A stretch of 64,000 nt of DNA from Betaproteobacteria bacterium (GCA_025362735.1 JANYFL010000034.1:3061-67060); one strand, 5' to 3'. Numbered from the stretch's first letter, positions 16,668-27,878 are shown. A program made the numbers and translations. Notes: a model not told the origin generated them from the sequence alone.

Positions 16668-16762
16668 AACAAATTCTTCTTTCATTCCAGAGGATTTAAC
16701 CCTGCATTTCGCAATCGATCAGTCATTTGTAGTCAACGCAGGGTTCGGAAATCCGGCTTAGG

Positions 16763-17251
16763 TTATTTGCTCGCGTCAGCAGTCTTCGGCAGAGGGGGAG
16801 AGATTTTTGTCAACGTACCGCCTTCTGATTCATAGCCTTGAGCACCTATGGCTCCTGCGACCTTGAAGCCTTTACTGGCCAAGAGATCAGCCGCACCGCC
16901 AGCGCGACCCGCATGATTGGAGACCGTAACGATCAGCCTGTCCTTGGGAATAAAGGCCAAATTCTTTTCGAGGTCTTTCGCCTGAATGCTCAGGAAAACA
17001 GGGAAGCCTCCAATAGAGGTCAGCTCGTCGGGGCGACGCACATCAATCAAAATCAGTTGTTCCGGTCGAGCAAGCAACGTATCCAACTCAGCACGCGTAA
17101 GAATCTTGGCGTTCGATTTCTTGGCTGCCTGGGTGGGTGCATTCGGAGTGGTGTTCTGAGTCGCCTGCTGTGCAAACGTAATAGAAGACGCAAAGGAGAC
17201 CGTCAGCGTCAGGCAAAGCATCATTAATTTGATCAACTTTTTCATGGTCAT
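16763..17251 (-). CDS. Periplasmic single-domain rhodanese-like protein lacking the catalytic Cys
   Basis: It has a signal peptide (MTMKKLIKLMMLCLTLTVSFASSITFAQQ). The rhodanese fold pattern LILIDVRRPDE...IVTVSNHAGRAGGAADLLASKGFKV is present, with Ser at the position of the active-site Cys. An alternative start lies at 17245. Confidence 0.7.
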   Translation of the reverse strand: MTMKKLIKLMMLCLTLTVSFASSITFAQQATQNTTPNAPTQAAKKSNAKILTRAELDTLLARPEQLILIDVRRPDELTSIGGFPVFLSIQAKDLEKNLAFIPKDRLIVTVSNHAGRAGGAADLLASKGFKVAGAIGAQGYESEGGTLTKISPPLPKTADASK

Positions 17252-17665
17252 TTCAGTTAGGTGTTGGAAAACAATAAAGGCACAGAGACCATCACTGCCC
17301 ACCAGCGAACTTTTCCGTAGACCAACTCGCCCCACTACTCACTTCAGTTCGTTAGTCAGCAGAGACTGGCCTCTGTGTAGTGAAGAGATTGCAGCGAATG
17401 TGCCAGTGATGTTTTTTGCAAGAACAAATAGCGGACGAATGGATGCAAATAGATGATTGCAAAAGATATTTAACACTGATGAAGGAATTGAATTCATTGT
17501 TCGTACTGACAATATGGACGAATCGGTCAACTCAAGTTGCTGCGTATCGAGCAGGCTGAGCAGCAGCTTTGTTGATTGTTGAACAGTGACTAAGCATGAA
17601 CAACACTGATTGAAGAGGACTTTTAGCAATCAAGCTCGGTTCTGGTTTGACATAAAATTCGCCTC

Positions 17666-18925
17666 ATGAACACGAACCTGACTTTTCCCGGACCTTCCAC
17701 CACCACACCAGCACTGAAAGGAATGTTGTCTGTGAGCGACGCTCTGGAAAAGATTCTGAAGGCGGTTCAGCCGCTTGCTCAAAGCGAGGCTGTTGAGACA
17801 CTGAATGCATTGAATCGTGTACTGGCTGCGCTTGTACTGGCTGAGATTGATGTGCCACCAATGCACAACAGCGCGATGGACGGTTACGCTGTGCGCGTGG
17901 CGGATTGCTCTAACGGCTCTGCACGTTTGCCCGTGACACAACGCATTCCAGCAGGGCAGGTCGGCATGCCGCTTCAGCCGGGAACTGCGGCTCGGATTTT
18001 TACGGGTGCAATGATTCCTGATGGTGCCGATGCGGTCGTGATGCAGGAACGCTGCACAGCAGAGGGAGACCAAATCGTCATCAACCATGTCCCGGCTCCG
18101 AGTGAAAACATCCGTCGGCGCGGCGAAGACATTGCCGCCGGAACGCAGATTCTTGCAGGCGGTACGCGCTTGCGTGCGCAGGAGCTCGGACTTGCTGCCT
18201 CGGTCGGTATTGCCCGTTTGAACGTCACGCGTCGTATTCGCGTTGCCGTCTTTTTTACTGGAGACGAATTGGCCATGCCGGGTGAGGTGGCTCCAGATCA
18301 ACTCAAGCCCGGTGCGATTTATAACTCCAACCGCTTCGTGTTGCGCGGTTTGCTTGAAAACCTAGGCTGCGAAATTACCGACTTCGGCATCGTGCCCGAT
18401 TCGCTCGAAGCCACACGTGCAACCTTGCGCCAAGCGGCTGAAGGATACGATTGCATCGTCACCAGTGGCGGTGTGTCGGTCGGTGAAGAAGATCACGTCA
18501 AGGCTGCTGTCGAGGCCGAAGGCACACTGAATCTTTGGCAGATTGCGATGAAGCCGGGTAAACCCCTAGCCTTTGGCAAAGTGGGGTCGGCGTTATTTTT
18601 TGGTTTGCCGGGTAACCCCGTTTCAAGCTTTGTCACTTTCCTACTGTTCGTACGTCCGGCTTTGCTGCGCTTGCAGGGCGTTGTAAATATTGTGCCGCGT
18701 CACTATCTGATGCGTGCAGACTTTGATTGGCCCAAGGCGGACAAACGTCAGGAATATTTGCGGGTTCAAGTTAATGCCCAAGCTGGGTTGGATCTGTATC
18801 CAAGTCAGGGTTCAGCGGTGCTCAGTTCAGCCGTATGGGGCGATGGGCTTGTCGAGAACCCGGGTGGTCAAGTGATTGCACAAGGTAATCACGTTCGCTT
18901 TCTGCCATTTGCGGAGCTAATGTGA
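17666..18925 (+). CDS. moeA: Molybdopterin molybdenumtransferase MoeA
   Basis: Typical MoeA sequence is present: PPMHNSAMDGYAV, TGAMIPDGADAVV, SGGVSVGEEDHVK and FGLPGNPVSSFV. Confidence 0.9.
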   Translation: MNTNLTFPGPSTTTPALKGMLSVSDALEKILKAVQPLAQSEAVETLNALNRVLAALVLAEIDVPPMHNSAMDGYAVRVADCSNGSARLPVTQRIPAGQVGMPLQPGTAARIFTGAMIPDGADAVVMQERCTAEGDQIVINHVPAPSENIRRRGEDIAAGTQILAGGTRLRAQELGLAASVGIARLNVTRRIRVAVFFTGDELAMPGEVAPDQLKPGAIYNSNRFVLRGLLENLGCEITDFGIVPDSLEATRATLRQAAEGYDCIVTSGGVSVGEEDHVKAAVEAEGTLNLWQIAMKPGKPLAFGKVGSALFFGLPGNPVSSFVTFLLFVRPALLRLQGVVNIVPRHYLMRADFDWPKADKRQEYLRVQVNAQAGLDLYPSQGSAVLSSAVWGDGLVENPGGQVIAQGNHVRFLPFAELM

Positions 18926-19179
18926 AACTGAAGTTACTTTACTTCGCCGGCTTGCGCGAAAAACTGGGTGTTAGCGAGGAGGAAGTCATTGTGCCGGATT
19001 CAGTACATACGGTTGCTGATGCACGAAACTGGCTTTGCGCACGCGGAGATATTTGGGCTGATGCTTTGGCTCCGGAGCGCAATCTGCGCGCGGCGGTCCA
19101 GCAACGGATGAGCGTAGTAAATACAGTTTTGGAAGAGGGTAATGAAGTGGCTTTTTTCCCACCGGTAACAGGAGGCTGA
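18922..19179 (+). CDS. moaD: Molybdopterin synthase sulfur-carrier subunit MoaD
   Basis: It is 85 aa and ends ...FFPPVTGG (C-terminal Gly-Gly). Its GTG start overlaps the moeA stop by 4 nt. Confidence 0.85.
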   Translation: MKLKLLYFAGLREKLGVSEEEVIVPDSVHTVADARNWLCARGDIWADALAPERNLRAAVQQRMSVVNTVLEEGNEVAFFPPVTGG

Positions 19180-19180
19180 G

Positions 19181-19645
19181 TTGGCCGCTTTTGTACGGGT
19201 GCAGACTGCCGACTTTGAAATCGGTGCTGAGATCGCGGCATTGCGTGCCGGTAAACCCAAGGTCGGCGCTGTAGCGTCATTTATCGGCACTGTGCGCGAT
19301 TTGAATGACGGTAATGATGTCGGCATGCTGACGCTAGAACATTATCCAGGCATGACGGAAACGGCGCTTGAAGAAATTTCTGAAAACGCTGCAACGCGCT
19401 GGAAATTAATCGACAGCTTGGTGGTTCATCGTTACGGCACCCTATATCCGCAAGACCAGATCGTGCTGGTTGTTGTAACCTCGATGCATCGTGAGGACGC
19501 CTTACAAGCCTGCGCATTTATCATGGACTATTTGAAGACACAGGCTCCGTTCTGGAAAAAAGAAACGACATCACAAGGGACGCGTTGGGTCGAAGCGCGT
19601 GACGGTGACGCAGAAGCCTTGTCACGCTGGAAGGTGACTGAATGA
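19181..19645 (+). CDS. moaE: Molybdopterin synthase catalytic subunit MoaE
   Basis: The sequence GAVASFIGTVRD...LEHYPGMTE...APFWKKE is typical of MoaE. Its TTG start lies 1 nt after the moaD stop. Confidence 0.9.
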   Translation: MAAFVRVQTADFEIGAEIAALRAGKPKVGAVASFIGTVRDLNDGNDVGMLTLEHYPGMTETALEEISENAATRWKLIDSLVVHRYGTLYPQDQIVLVVVTSMHREDALQACAFIMDYLKTQAPFWKKETTSQGTRWVEARDGDAEALSRWKVTE

Positions 19646-19666
19646 GAAAAACTTTAAGAAGCCAAT

Positions 19667-19753
19667 CGTCATTCCTGCGAAGGCAGGAATCCAGCGACGT
19701 GAATGTCGGGCAAAAGTCACTGGGTTCCTGCCTTCGCAGGAACGACGAATTCG
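19667..19753. repeat. Pair of inverted REP-like palindromic elements
   Basis: Copy 1 is CGTCATTCCTGCGAAGGCAGGAATCCAGCG. Copy 2, read on the opposite strand, is CGTCGTTCCTGCGAAGGCAGGAACCCAGTG. Each contains a TTCCTGC-GAAG-GCAGGAA hairpin. Translation gives the classic spurious VPAFAGTT peptide (track ORF 19703..20188). Confidence 0.6.
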
Positions 19754-19790
19754 GACTTAATCAGCCGACGATGCAAATTAGAGGAACCCA

Positions 19791-20183
19791 ATGAATGCAC
19801 TAACCATCAGCGGGTTTATCGCTGTGGCCATCGGCTCCGTGCTCGGTGCGTGGTTGCGCTGGCTCTTGGCGATTTTCATGAATGCGCTATTGCCCTCGCT
19901 GCCAGTAGGTACCTTGGTCGCCAACCTTGGCGGTGGCTTCATGATCGGTGCGGCCTTCGCCTGGATCAATCAGCACAGCAATTTGCCCCCGGAGTGGAGG
20001 CTCTTTGTCGTTACAGGATTTCTCGGCGGACTGACTACGTTTTCAAGCTTTTCGGCAGAGGCAATGATCCTCTTGCAGCAACGCCAGTATGGCTGGGCGC
20101 TGCTGCATGTCGGCAGTCATTTGGTCGGATCGATTGCCTGCTGCTTTGCCGGTTACGCTCTGGTGCAGACCGCTTTGAAGTAG
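19791..20183 (+). CDS. crcB: Fluoride ion channel CrcB/FluC
   Basis: It is a 130-aa four-TM protein with GTLVANLGGGFMIG and GFLGGLTTFSSF motifs. Confidence 0.9.
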   Translation: MNALTISGFIAVAIGSVLGAWLRWLLAIFMNALLPSLPVGTLVANLGGGFMIGAAFAWINQHSNLPPEWRLFVVTGFLGGLTTFSSFSAEAMILLQQRQYGWALLHVGSHLVGSIACCFAGYALVQTALK

Positions 20184-20197
20184 TCTGATTGCTCGGA

Positions 20198-20662
20198 CTA
20201 TTGTGTTGTAGCGGCTTCAGGCTTGGTCGTTTCGACAATATCCCGTTTCATTGGTGCGAGTCGTTTGAGCAGTTCATTCTTTGCACCCGTCGAGATGCCG
20301 CGCTGGTCAAGTACCTCACGCAAGTGCTCAACCAGTCCAGCAAATTCTGCTTCGGTGATGCCCATGCCCGCATGCGTGACCTTCATGTTTTCACCTTCGT
20401 AAACACAACCTCCATCGCTTAACAAGCAAATCTGCTGAGCCAGTAATTTGATCAGACGGGGTTCATTGATCTTGGCAAAACTCCGGCTGGTTTTTGGATC
20501 AGTCCGCGCTGCCTTGATCAGGTCTGCAGTAATAGCTTGAACACCGGCACTTGCTCCGAGTTGTTGATATAAAGTTGTCTGTGCCTGAGCCGTAGGCAAG
20601 CTGAGTAGTAGTGCAATGCTTAGGCAATACAGGAAAGTTTTGCAGGACTTTGATTGATCCAT
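20198..20662 (-). CDS. Group 1 truncated hemoglobin-like protein with a signal peptide
   Basis: The sequence TLYQQLGASAGVQAITADLI...DPKTSRSF...GGCVYEGENMKVTHAGMGITEAEF fits the trHbN pattern. It is preceded by MDQSKSCKTFLYCLSIALLLSLPTAQA. The start is ambiguous: 20662, 20680 or 20746. Confidence 0.65.
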   Translation of the reverse strand: MDQSKSCKTFLYCLSIALLLSLPTAQAQTTLYQQLGASAGVQAITADLIKAARTDPKTSRSFAKINEPRLIKLLAQQICLLSDGGCVYEGENMKVTHAGMGITEAEFAGLVEHLREVLDQRGISTGAKNELLKRLAPMKRDIVETTKPEAATTQ

Positions 20663-20678
20663 CGGAGAGATCGCGTTC

Positions 20679-21557
20679 ATGAATTCATCTTTCATCGTTA
20701 TCACAGTGGCTGGGCTCGCATTGAGTGTATCGGCATTTGCAGCCAAAGATACAGTCAGCGAACCGGGGGGGCGTTTGCTGGGAACCGGCGGCGTTGCTCA
20801 GGTTGAAGGAGCAGCGGGTGGAGGGCTGACTCCATGGGCGCTAATTGGTGGTTATGGGACGCGTGACCAGATTGGCGGCTCCATTTTCGTGACGCGCGTC
20901 GTGCCGCAGAATTTTCGTTTGACGACGATTGGAGCGCAGTTTGGTTTTTATGACCGGGTTGAAATGTCATTGGCTCAGCAGAAATTCAATCTTGGTTCGA
21001 CCGTGCCCAATATGAATCTGCGCATGGATGTGGTGGGTCTCAAGGTCAAGCTGATCGGGGACGCGGTCTACGATCAGGACACAGCCTTGCCGCAAATAGC
21101 CGTTGGCTTGCAATACAAGCGCAACGACGATTTTCGACCGATTCCTGCAGCCTTGGGGGCCAGAGACGCTTCGGGAACCGATTTCTATCTGTCAGCGACT
21201 AAACTTTATCTTGCAGGTGTGGCGGGGCATAACCTGCTGTTGAATGGAACGCTACGTTTGACGCGGGCAAACCAGATGGGACTACTGGGATTTGGTGGAG
21301 ATCGGAACAATGACTATCGTCTGATGCCCGAATTTTCTGCGGTAATTTTTCTGACAGACGCCATTGCCGTTGGCACTGAATACCGCAAGAAACCAGACAA
21401 TCTTGCGATCTTCCGCGAAGACGATTTCAAGGATTTATTTATCGCCTGGTTTCCATCCAAGCGGGTTTCGCTGACGCTGGCTTGGACTGACCTGGGCAAT
21501 ATTGCCGATAAGCCCAATCAACGCGGGCCTTATCTGTCAATCAAGGCTGACTTCTGA
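20679..21557 (+). CDS. DUF3034-like outer-membrane beta-barrel protein
   Basis: It has a signal peptide (VAGLALSVSAFAAKD), the motif GGGLTPWALIGGYGT, an alternating beta-strand pattern and a C-terminal ...YLSIKADF. Confidence 0.6.
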   Translation: MNSSFIVITVAGLALSVSAFAAKDTVSEPGGRLLGTGGVAQVEGAAGGGLTPWALIGGYGTRDQIGGSIFVTRVVPQNFRLTTIGAQFGFYDRVEMSLAQQKFNLGSTVPNMNLRMDVVGLKVKLIGDAVYDQDTALPQIAVGLQYKRNDDFRPIPAALGARDASGTDFYLSATKLYLAGVAGHNLLLNGTLRLTRANQMGLLGFGGDRNNDYRLMPEFSAVIFLTDAIAVGTEYRKKPDNLAIFREDDFKDLFIAWFPSKRVSLTLAWTDLGNIADKPNQRGPYLSIKADF

Positions 21558-21767
21558 TTTTCCCGCATCATCGTGATGTGTGGCGGGAAACCAAAAAGCT
21601 TGACACTGAGGTCAAAGTGAAAAAAGACGAGACGCCGAGGAAAACCTCAAGGTTTTCTCTGTGAATCTCCGCGGCTCTGTGTTGAGAGGTTTGATCTAAG
21701 GGCACTGTGATGCCCGGCATTTGCTACGTTCTAGGCCAGCTACGCATGTGAGAATCAACAGAATGAA

Positions 21768-24308
21768 TCAAGCCGCGTATAAGAAGTGCCGGTTCAATTT
21801 GTACCACTCTTCAAAAGCATGGGTCGATTGGGGCTTTGAAATCAGATAGCCCTGTACATAGTCGCAGCCCAACACCGTCAACAGCTCCAACTCCGCTTCG
21901 GTTTCAACACCTTCGGCGACGACACTCATCCCCAAACTGTGGCCCAGTTCGACCGTTGATTTCAGCAGAGCGCGGGCATCGGCATTTCGATCTGCTCCGT
22001 TGACGAAAGAACGGTCGATTTTCAATTCCTTCGCGGGCATTTTGCGCAGGTAGGCAAGCGATGAATAGCCGGTTCCAAAATCGTCGATCGAAATCGTAAT
22101 TCCCATTTGATCCAGTTCACTCAGGGTTTTCAACGCCGTACCCGGATCGTCCATCAATCCCGTTTCGGTAATTTCCAGGCAAAGAAATTCTGCGGAAAGC
22201 TTGTGCATTTGTAAAAGCTGGCTGACATATCCCGGGAAATGAATGTCTTGAATATCGCGGATTGAAACATTGACCGAAATCCGCAACTCCCAACCGTATC
22301 TGTCCTTCCAGTCAGCCAGCATGCGAACCACACGATCCAGCATCCAGCGGGTGACTTCCGTGATTCGGCCAGTCTGTTCTGCGAAGGGAATGAAATCAGA
22401 GGGAGGGATGAAGCCATGTTCTGGATGATCCCAGCGCACGAGAGCTTCGGCTTGTGAGATGCCGCTCGTCCCCAGCTTGACTTTGGGCTGGAGAAAAACT
22501 TGCAATTGATTGTCTACTTTGACTGCCTGTTTGAGTTCGCCCAGCAAGGTGAGTTTGTTACGCGTATTCGCTTCCAGAGCCGGATCGTATACAGCCACTT
22601 CGGCACTGGTTCGCTTGGCGGTGAACAAAGCGATTTCTGCTTTCTGCAGGAGTTCACTGACATTCTTTCCGTGCTCCGGAAAGTAAGAGCAGCCCGCACA
22701 GAAGCGAATATCAATCAGTTCTCCACAAATTTCCAGAGGTTGTTCGAAAGCCTCATGAAGTCGATGAAACATGGCCTGGGCTTTGGCCGGATCCAACCTT
22801 GGCAAAAGCAAAGCGAACTCATTGCCACTCTGACGCGCGAGTACGTCGGCCTCACGCAGCCAGGTGCTCAAACGCTTTGCCACAGCAAGCAGGGTTTGAT
22901 TGCCGATTTCGTAGCCGAGCGATTCGTTAATCAAACGAAAGCGGTTGATGTCGAACTTGAACATGACCGCGCTGCGGTTCTCACGCTGCAGAGCTTGGAG
23001 TTGCTGAGAACCATCGACATCCAGCTTGCGATAATTGGGTAAGCCGGTTAGTGCGTCGTGAAAGGCCTGATGGCGTATTTGTTCTTCCCGTTCCGCGACT
23101 GCCTTGGTCATGGTGTTGAAACCGTCGGCCAGATTTTCGACTTCATCGCCGGTGTGGATCTGGACTTTGCTTGAATAATCGCCATTACTGATCCCGCGCA
23201 TGGCTTTAACTAGACTGGCAATCGGTGACGTGATTGTCCGTGCCATCCAGCGGCTGCCGATAATTGTGAGCAGAATGCCGAAAGTGGCAATCAAAAATAA
23301 TTGAAAGCGCAGACTCAAATAAGGTGCCAAAGCCTGATCCAGACTCTTGAAAAGAATCAGTGCAACCTGGCTTTGGGCGTTCGCCTGATCGGTCGGCAAG
23401 GGAGAAATACTGATCAAATATTTTTCGCTGTCGAACTCCATTTCATGACCGGAAATAACTGTATCGAGCAGATTGGGAGGGCTGCCTTTATGGGTTGATA
23501 CAGGGATGTCATTATTGATTCTGTCAAGGAACAGGGCGTGCCCCAGTTGTTGTCCCAAGTCGCTCAAGCGGAGGGGCATCAATGTTGATGCATTGATATT
23601 CAGATTCGGATTCCAGTCAGCAGGTAAGCCGGCAACGGCATTGTTGCTCGGGACACTGGAAGCAATCGCTACTTCCATCCCCGTCAACTCTGAAAGCTGG
23701 CGAACTTTTTCAGTATTGATGGGAAAGCCGAGAACCACCCAGCCGATCGTCAACGGGGCTTTGACGGGTGCAGTGACGATCAGCGTTGCATGACCATCCA
23801 CCACAATCCATGGATTGACGTCGCTGGATTGCTTGGAACCCTGAAGCCGGGATAGAAACTTAAGCGACTTCCCGGGAGAAATATCCCCGGGGGCGATCGT
23901 CTGCTGGGTGCTGGCCAGCACCTTGCCGTCCAGGTCAGTGATCACGGCAATCGGTGCTTTGATCCGTGCGGCGTGATTACTCAATGCTGAGACAATAGTA
24001 TCGACATCATGCGAACCGATGGCTTCCCGTAAGCCGAAATCGGAAGCCAGAACACTGGCCGCCTGGGTCAGTTGATCTTTGTCATTGGCCAATGATTGCA
24101 TCGCGACTCGTTGGGCGATACGCAGATCGGTCGCTATCTGGTTACGAGCAAAGCTCTGGTTGGCAAAGTCATTGATCACAAAAAGGATGCTCACCAGCGC
24201 CACACTCATGCCTACTGTCAGCAAGAAAAACTTGCTATACAGGGTCGACAGCCGGAAATTTTCAGGGATGAGACCTGAAAGCCGGGCTGTAATGGAGAGT
24301 GTGCTCAT
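21768..24308 (-). CDS. Membrane sensor protein with HAMP, a degenerate GGDEF domain and an intact EAL domain (likely c-di-GMP phosphodiesterase)
   Basis: It has an N-terminal TM segment, a periplasmic region, a second TM segment and HAMP. The GGDEF signature reads SGNEF. EAL signatures are intact: QAEALVRW, EITETG, DDFGTGYSSL, ELKIDRSF and EGVET. Confidence 0.9.
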   Translation of the reverse strand: MSTLSITARLSGLIPENFRLSTLYSKFFLLTVGMSVALVSILFVINDFANQSFARNQIATDLRIAQRVAMQSLANDKDQLTQAASVLASDFGLREAIGSHDVDTIVSALSNHAARIKAPIAVITDLDGKVLASTQQTIAPGDISPGKSLKFLSRLQGSKQSSDVNPWIVVDGHATLIVTAPVKAPLTIGWVVLGFPINTEKVRQLSELTGMEVAIASSVPSNNAVAGLPADWNPNLNINASTLMPLRLSDLGQQLGHALFLDRINNDIPVSTHKGSPPNLLDTVISGHEMEFDSEKYLISISPLPTDQANAQSQVALILFKSLDQALAPYLSLRFQLFLIATFGILLTIIGSRWMARTITSPIASLVKAMRGISNGDYSSKVQIHTGDEVENLADGFNTMTKAVAEREEQIRHQAFHDALTGLPNYRKLDVDGSQQLQALQRENRSAVMFKFDINRFRLINESLGYEIGNQTLLAVAKRLSTWLREADVLARQSGNEFALLLPRLDPAKAQAMFHRLHEAFEQPLEICGELIDIRFCAGCSYFPEHGKNVSELLQKAEIALFTAKRTSAEVAVYDPALEANTRNKLTLLGELKQAVKVDNQLQVFLQPKVKLGTSGISQAEALVRWDHPEHGFIPPSDFIPFAEQTGRITEVTRWMLDRVVRMLADWKDRYGWELRISVNVSIRDIQDIHFPGYVSQLLQMHKLSAEFLCLEITETGLMDDPGTALKTLSELDQMGITISIDDFGTGYSSLAYLRKMPAKELKIDRSFVNGADRNADARALLKSTVELGHSLGMSVVAEGVETEAELELLTVLGCDYVQGYLISKPQSTHAFEEWYKLNRHFLYAA

Positions 24309-24317
24309 GCGATGGGC

Positions 24318-24932
24318 TTATTGGGCTGTCGCTTTGGACAGGTCCAGTGCCAGTTTCAGGCTGGCAGCGGGTTCCGCGACGGTCAGTTTGCCCGTCTTCT
24401 CAGCTTGGCTATCAGGGTGCCAAACGCTGTAGTCGTAATCGCCGGGCGGGATGTCTTTCAAATCAATTTTTCCCGCAGCCTCGGACTTGCCGTAGTAAGG
24501 GGCATCGGTCACCACCAGATAGCTCAGCATCCAGTCGTGGATGTTGCAGCCCAGGACCACCAAGCCGGGTTTGTCGAACACGACTGGTGCGGCAGGCGTG
24601 CCCGCATAGAGCTTGAGTTCGAATTTCTTGGGGGGCGAAAAGGAATAAACCTGATGGCGGATATTGTCTTTATTGGGAAAGACGACGGAGGAACCCGTAC
24701 TGGTAACGCTGACTCTGGGGACAAATTCCCTGTCGACCTGATCAATGCTGATGCGCTGGGGTTTGGGTGGAATGGTCTTTCCAACTGGAACGAGCGTGAT
24801 GACTGCATCTGCGACCAGTTTCCCACCGGGTTGTGTGGTGAGTTCGATGTGAACCACTGCCGCCAGTAAAGCGGGTGAAAACAGGGCAGATGCCAGTACG
24901 AGTACCGGGGTAAAACCGCGTTGGGCAGGCAT
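24318..24932 (-). CDS. Exported cupredoxin-like protein (the family often annotated 'methylamine utilization protein')
   Basis: It has a signal peptide. The sequences VVFPNKDNIRHQVYSFSPPKKFELKLY and LGCNIHDWMLSYLVV match that family as I recall it. It ends 9 nt before the GGDEF/EAL start. Confidence 0.5.
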   Translation of the reverse strand: MPAQRGFTPVLVLASALFSPALLAAVVHIELTTQPGGKLVADAVITLVPVGKTIPPKPQRISIDQVDREFVPRVSVTSTGSSVVFPNKDNIRHQVYSFSPPKKFELKLYAGTPAAPVVFDKPGLVVLGCNIHDWMLSYLVVTDAPYYGKSEAAGKIDLKDIPPGDYDYSVWHPDSQAEKTGKLTVAEPAASLKLALDLSKATAQ

Positions 24933-25160
24933 TGACAGGCGTGAAGGACGTTGGATTGATGGGATTCTCTAATCCATTACGGCAAACGATTGGGGAGATT
25001 GAGGCAATTCCGTGTGGCGACGCAACAAGCTTAAGCCAGAGTTGTCACAAAAGATGTTGAACTGAGTTTTAGCAAATCGGATCAGTGGCTTCCAAATTTG
25101 ATTTGGGTCAAGACCTATTGGCCCGATTAGAGGAGGATCAGGAGGATCGCTTGGTGATGG

Positions 25161-25188
25161 CTTGAAAGAAGCCGTCCCAGCCTCATCT
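25161..25188 (+). promoter_or_regulatory. Candidate sigma-32 (RpoH) heat-shock promoter of clpB
   Basis: CTTGAAA-N13-CCTCATCT compares with the consensus CTTGAAA-N13/14-CCCCATNT. It lies ~33 nt upstream of the clpB ATG. Confidence 0.55.
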
Positions 25189-25220
25189 TCAGTTCTGATT
25201 GAATCATCTACGAGAAACCC

Positions 25221-27824
<2,604 letters not shown>

Positions 27825-27878
27825 GTGGATTGCGACTTGCCGAAATCGCTCTGCTTTAAGAAATAAAGTGTGCTAACG

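Noticed and set aside
17336-17665. A possible Moco riboswitch or other structured RNA in the 330-nt spacer upstream of moeA.
   Set aside because: No recognisable Moco-motif core was found. The region is AT-rich, as is typical of a divergent promoter spacer. The track ORFs here (17229..17456, 17339..17629) have no RBS or family resemblance.
19754-19790. A possible fluoride (crcB-motif) riboswitch immediately upstream of crcB.
   Set aside because: I could not fit the conserved elements: a GGCGAUGG-type P1 with pseudoknot, an AAC(C/U)GCC linker and a CUGAUGA..CCU 3' segment. The leader is mostly occupied by the REP-like palindromes. An Infernal scan with RF01734 would settle it.
19703-20188. 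A 161-aa ORF spanning the REP elements and crcB in another frame.
   Set aside because: It begins with the spurious repeat-derived peptide (..WVPAFAGTT..) and overlaps the clearly genuine crcB frame.
21558-21660. Hairpins between DUF3034 and the GGDEF/EAL gene (TTTCCCGC-N16-GCGGGAAA and GAAAACC-TCAA-GGTTTTC) as terminators.
   Set aside because: Neither is followed by a convincing U-tract on the relevant strand. They may still act as weak terminators, but I did not list them as features.
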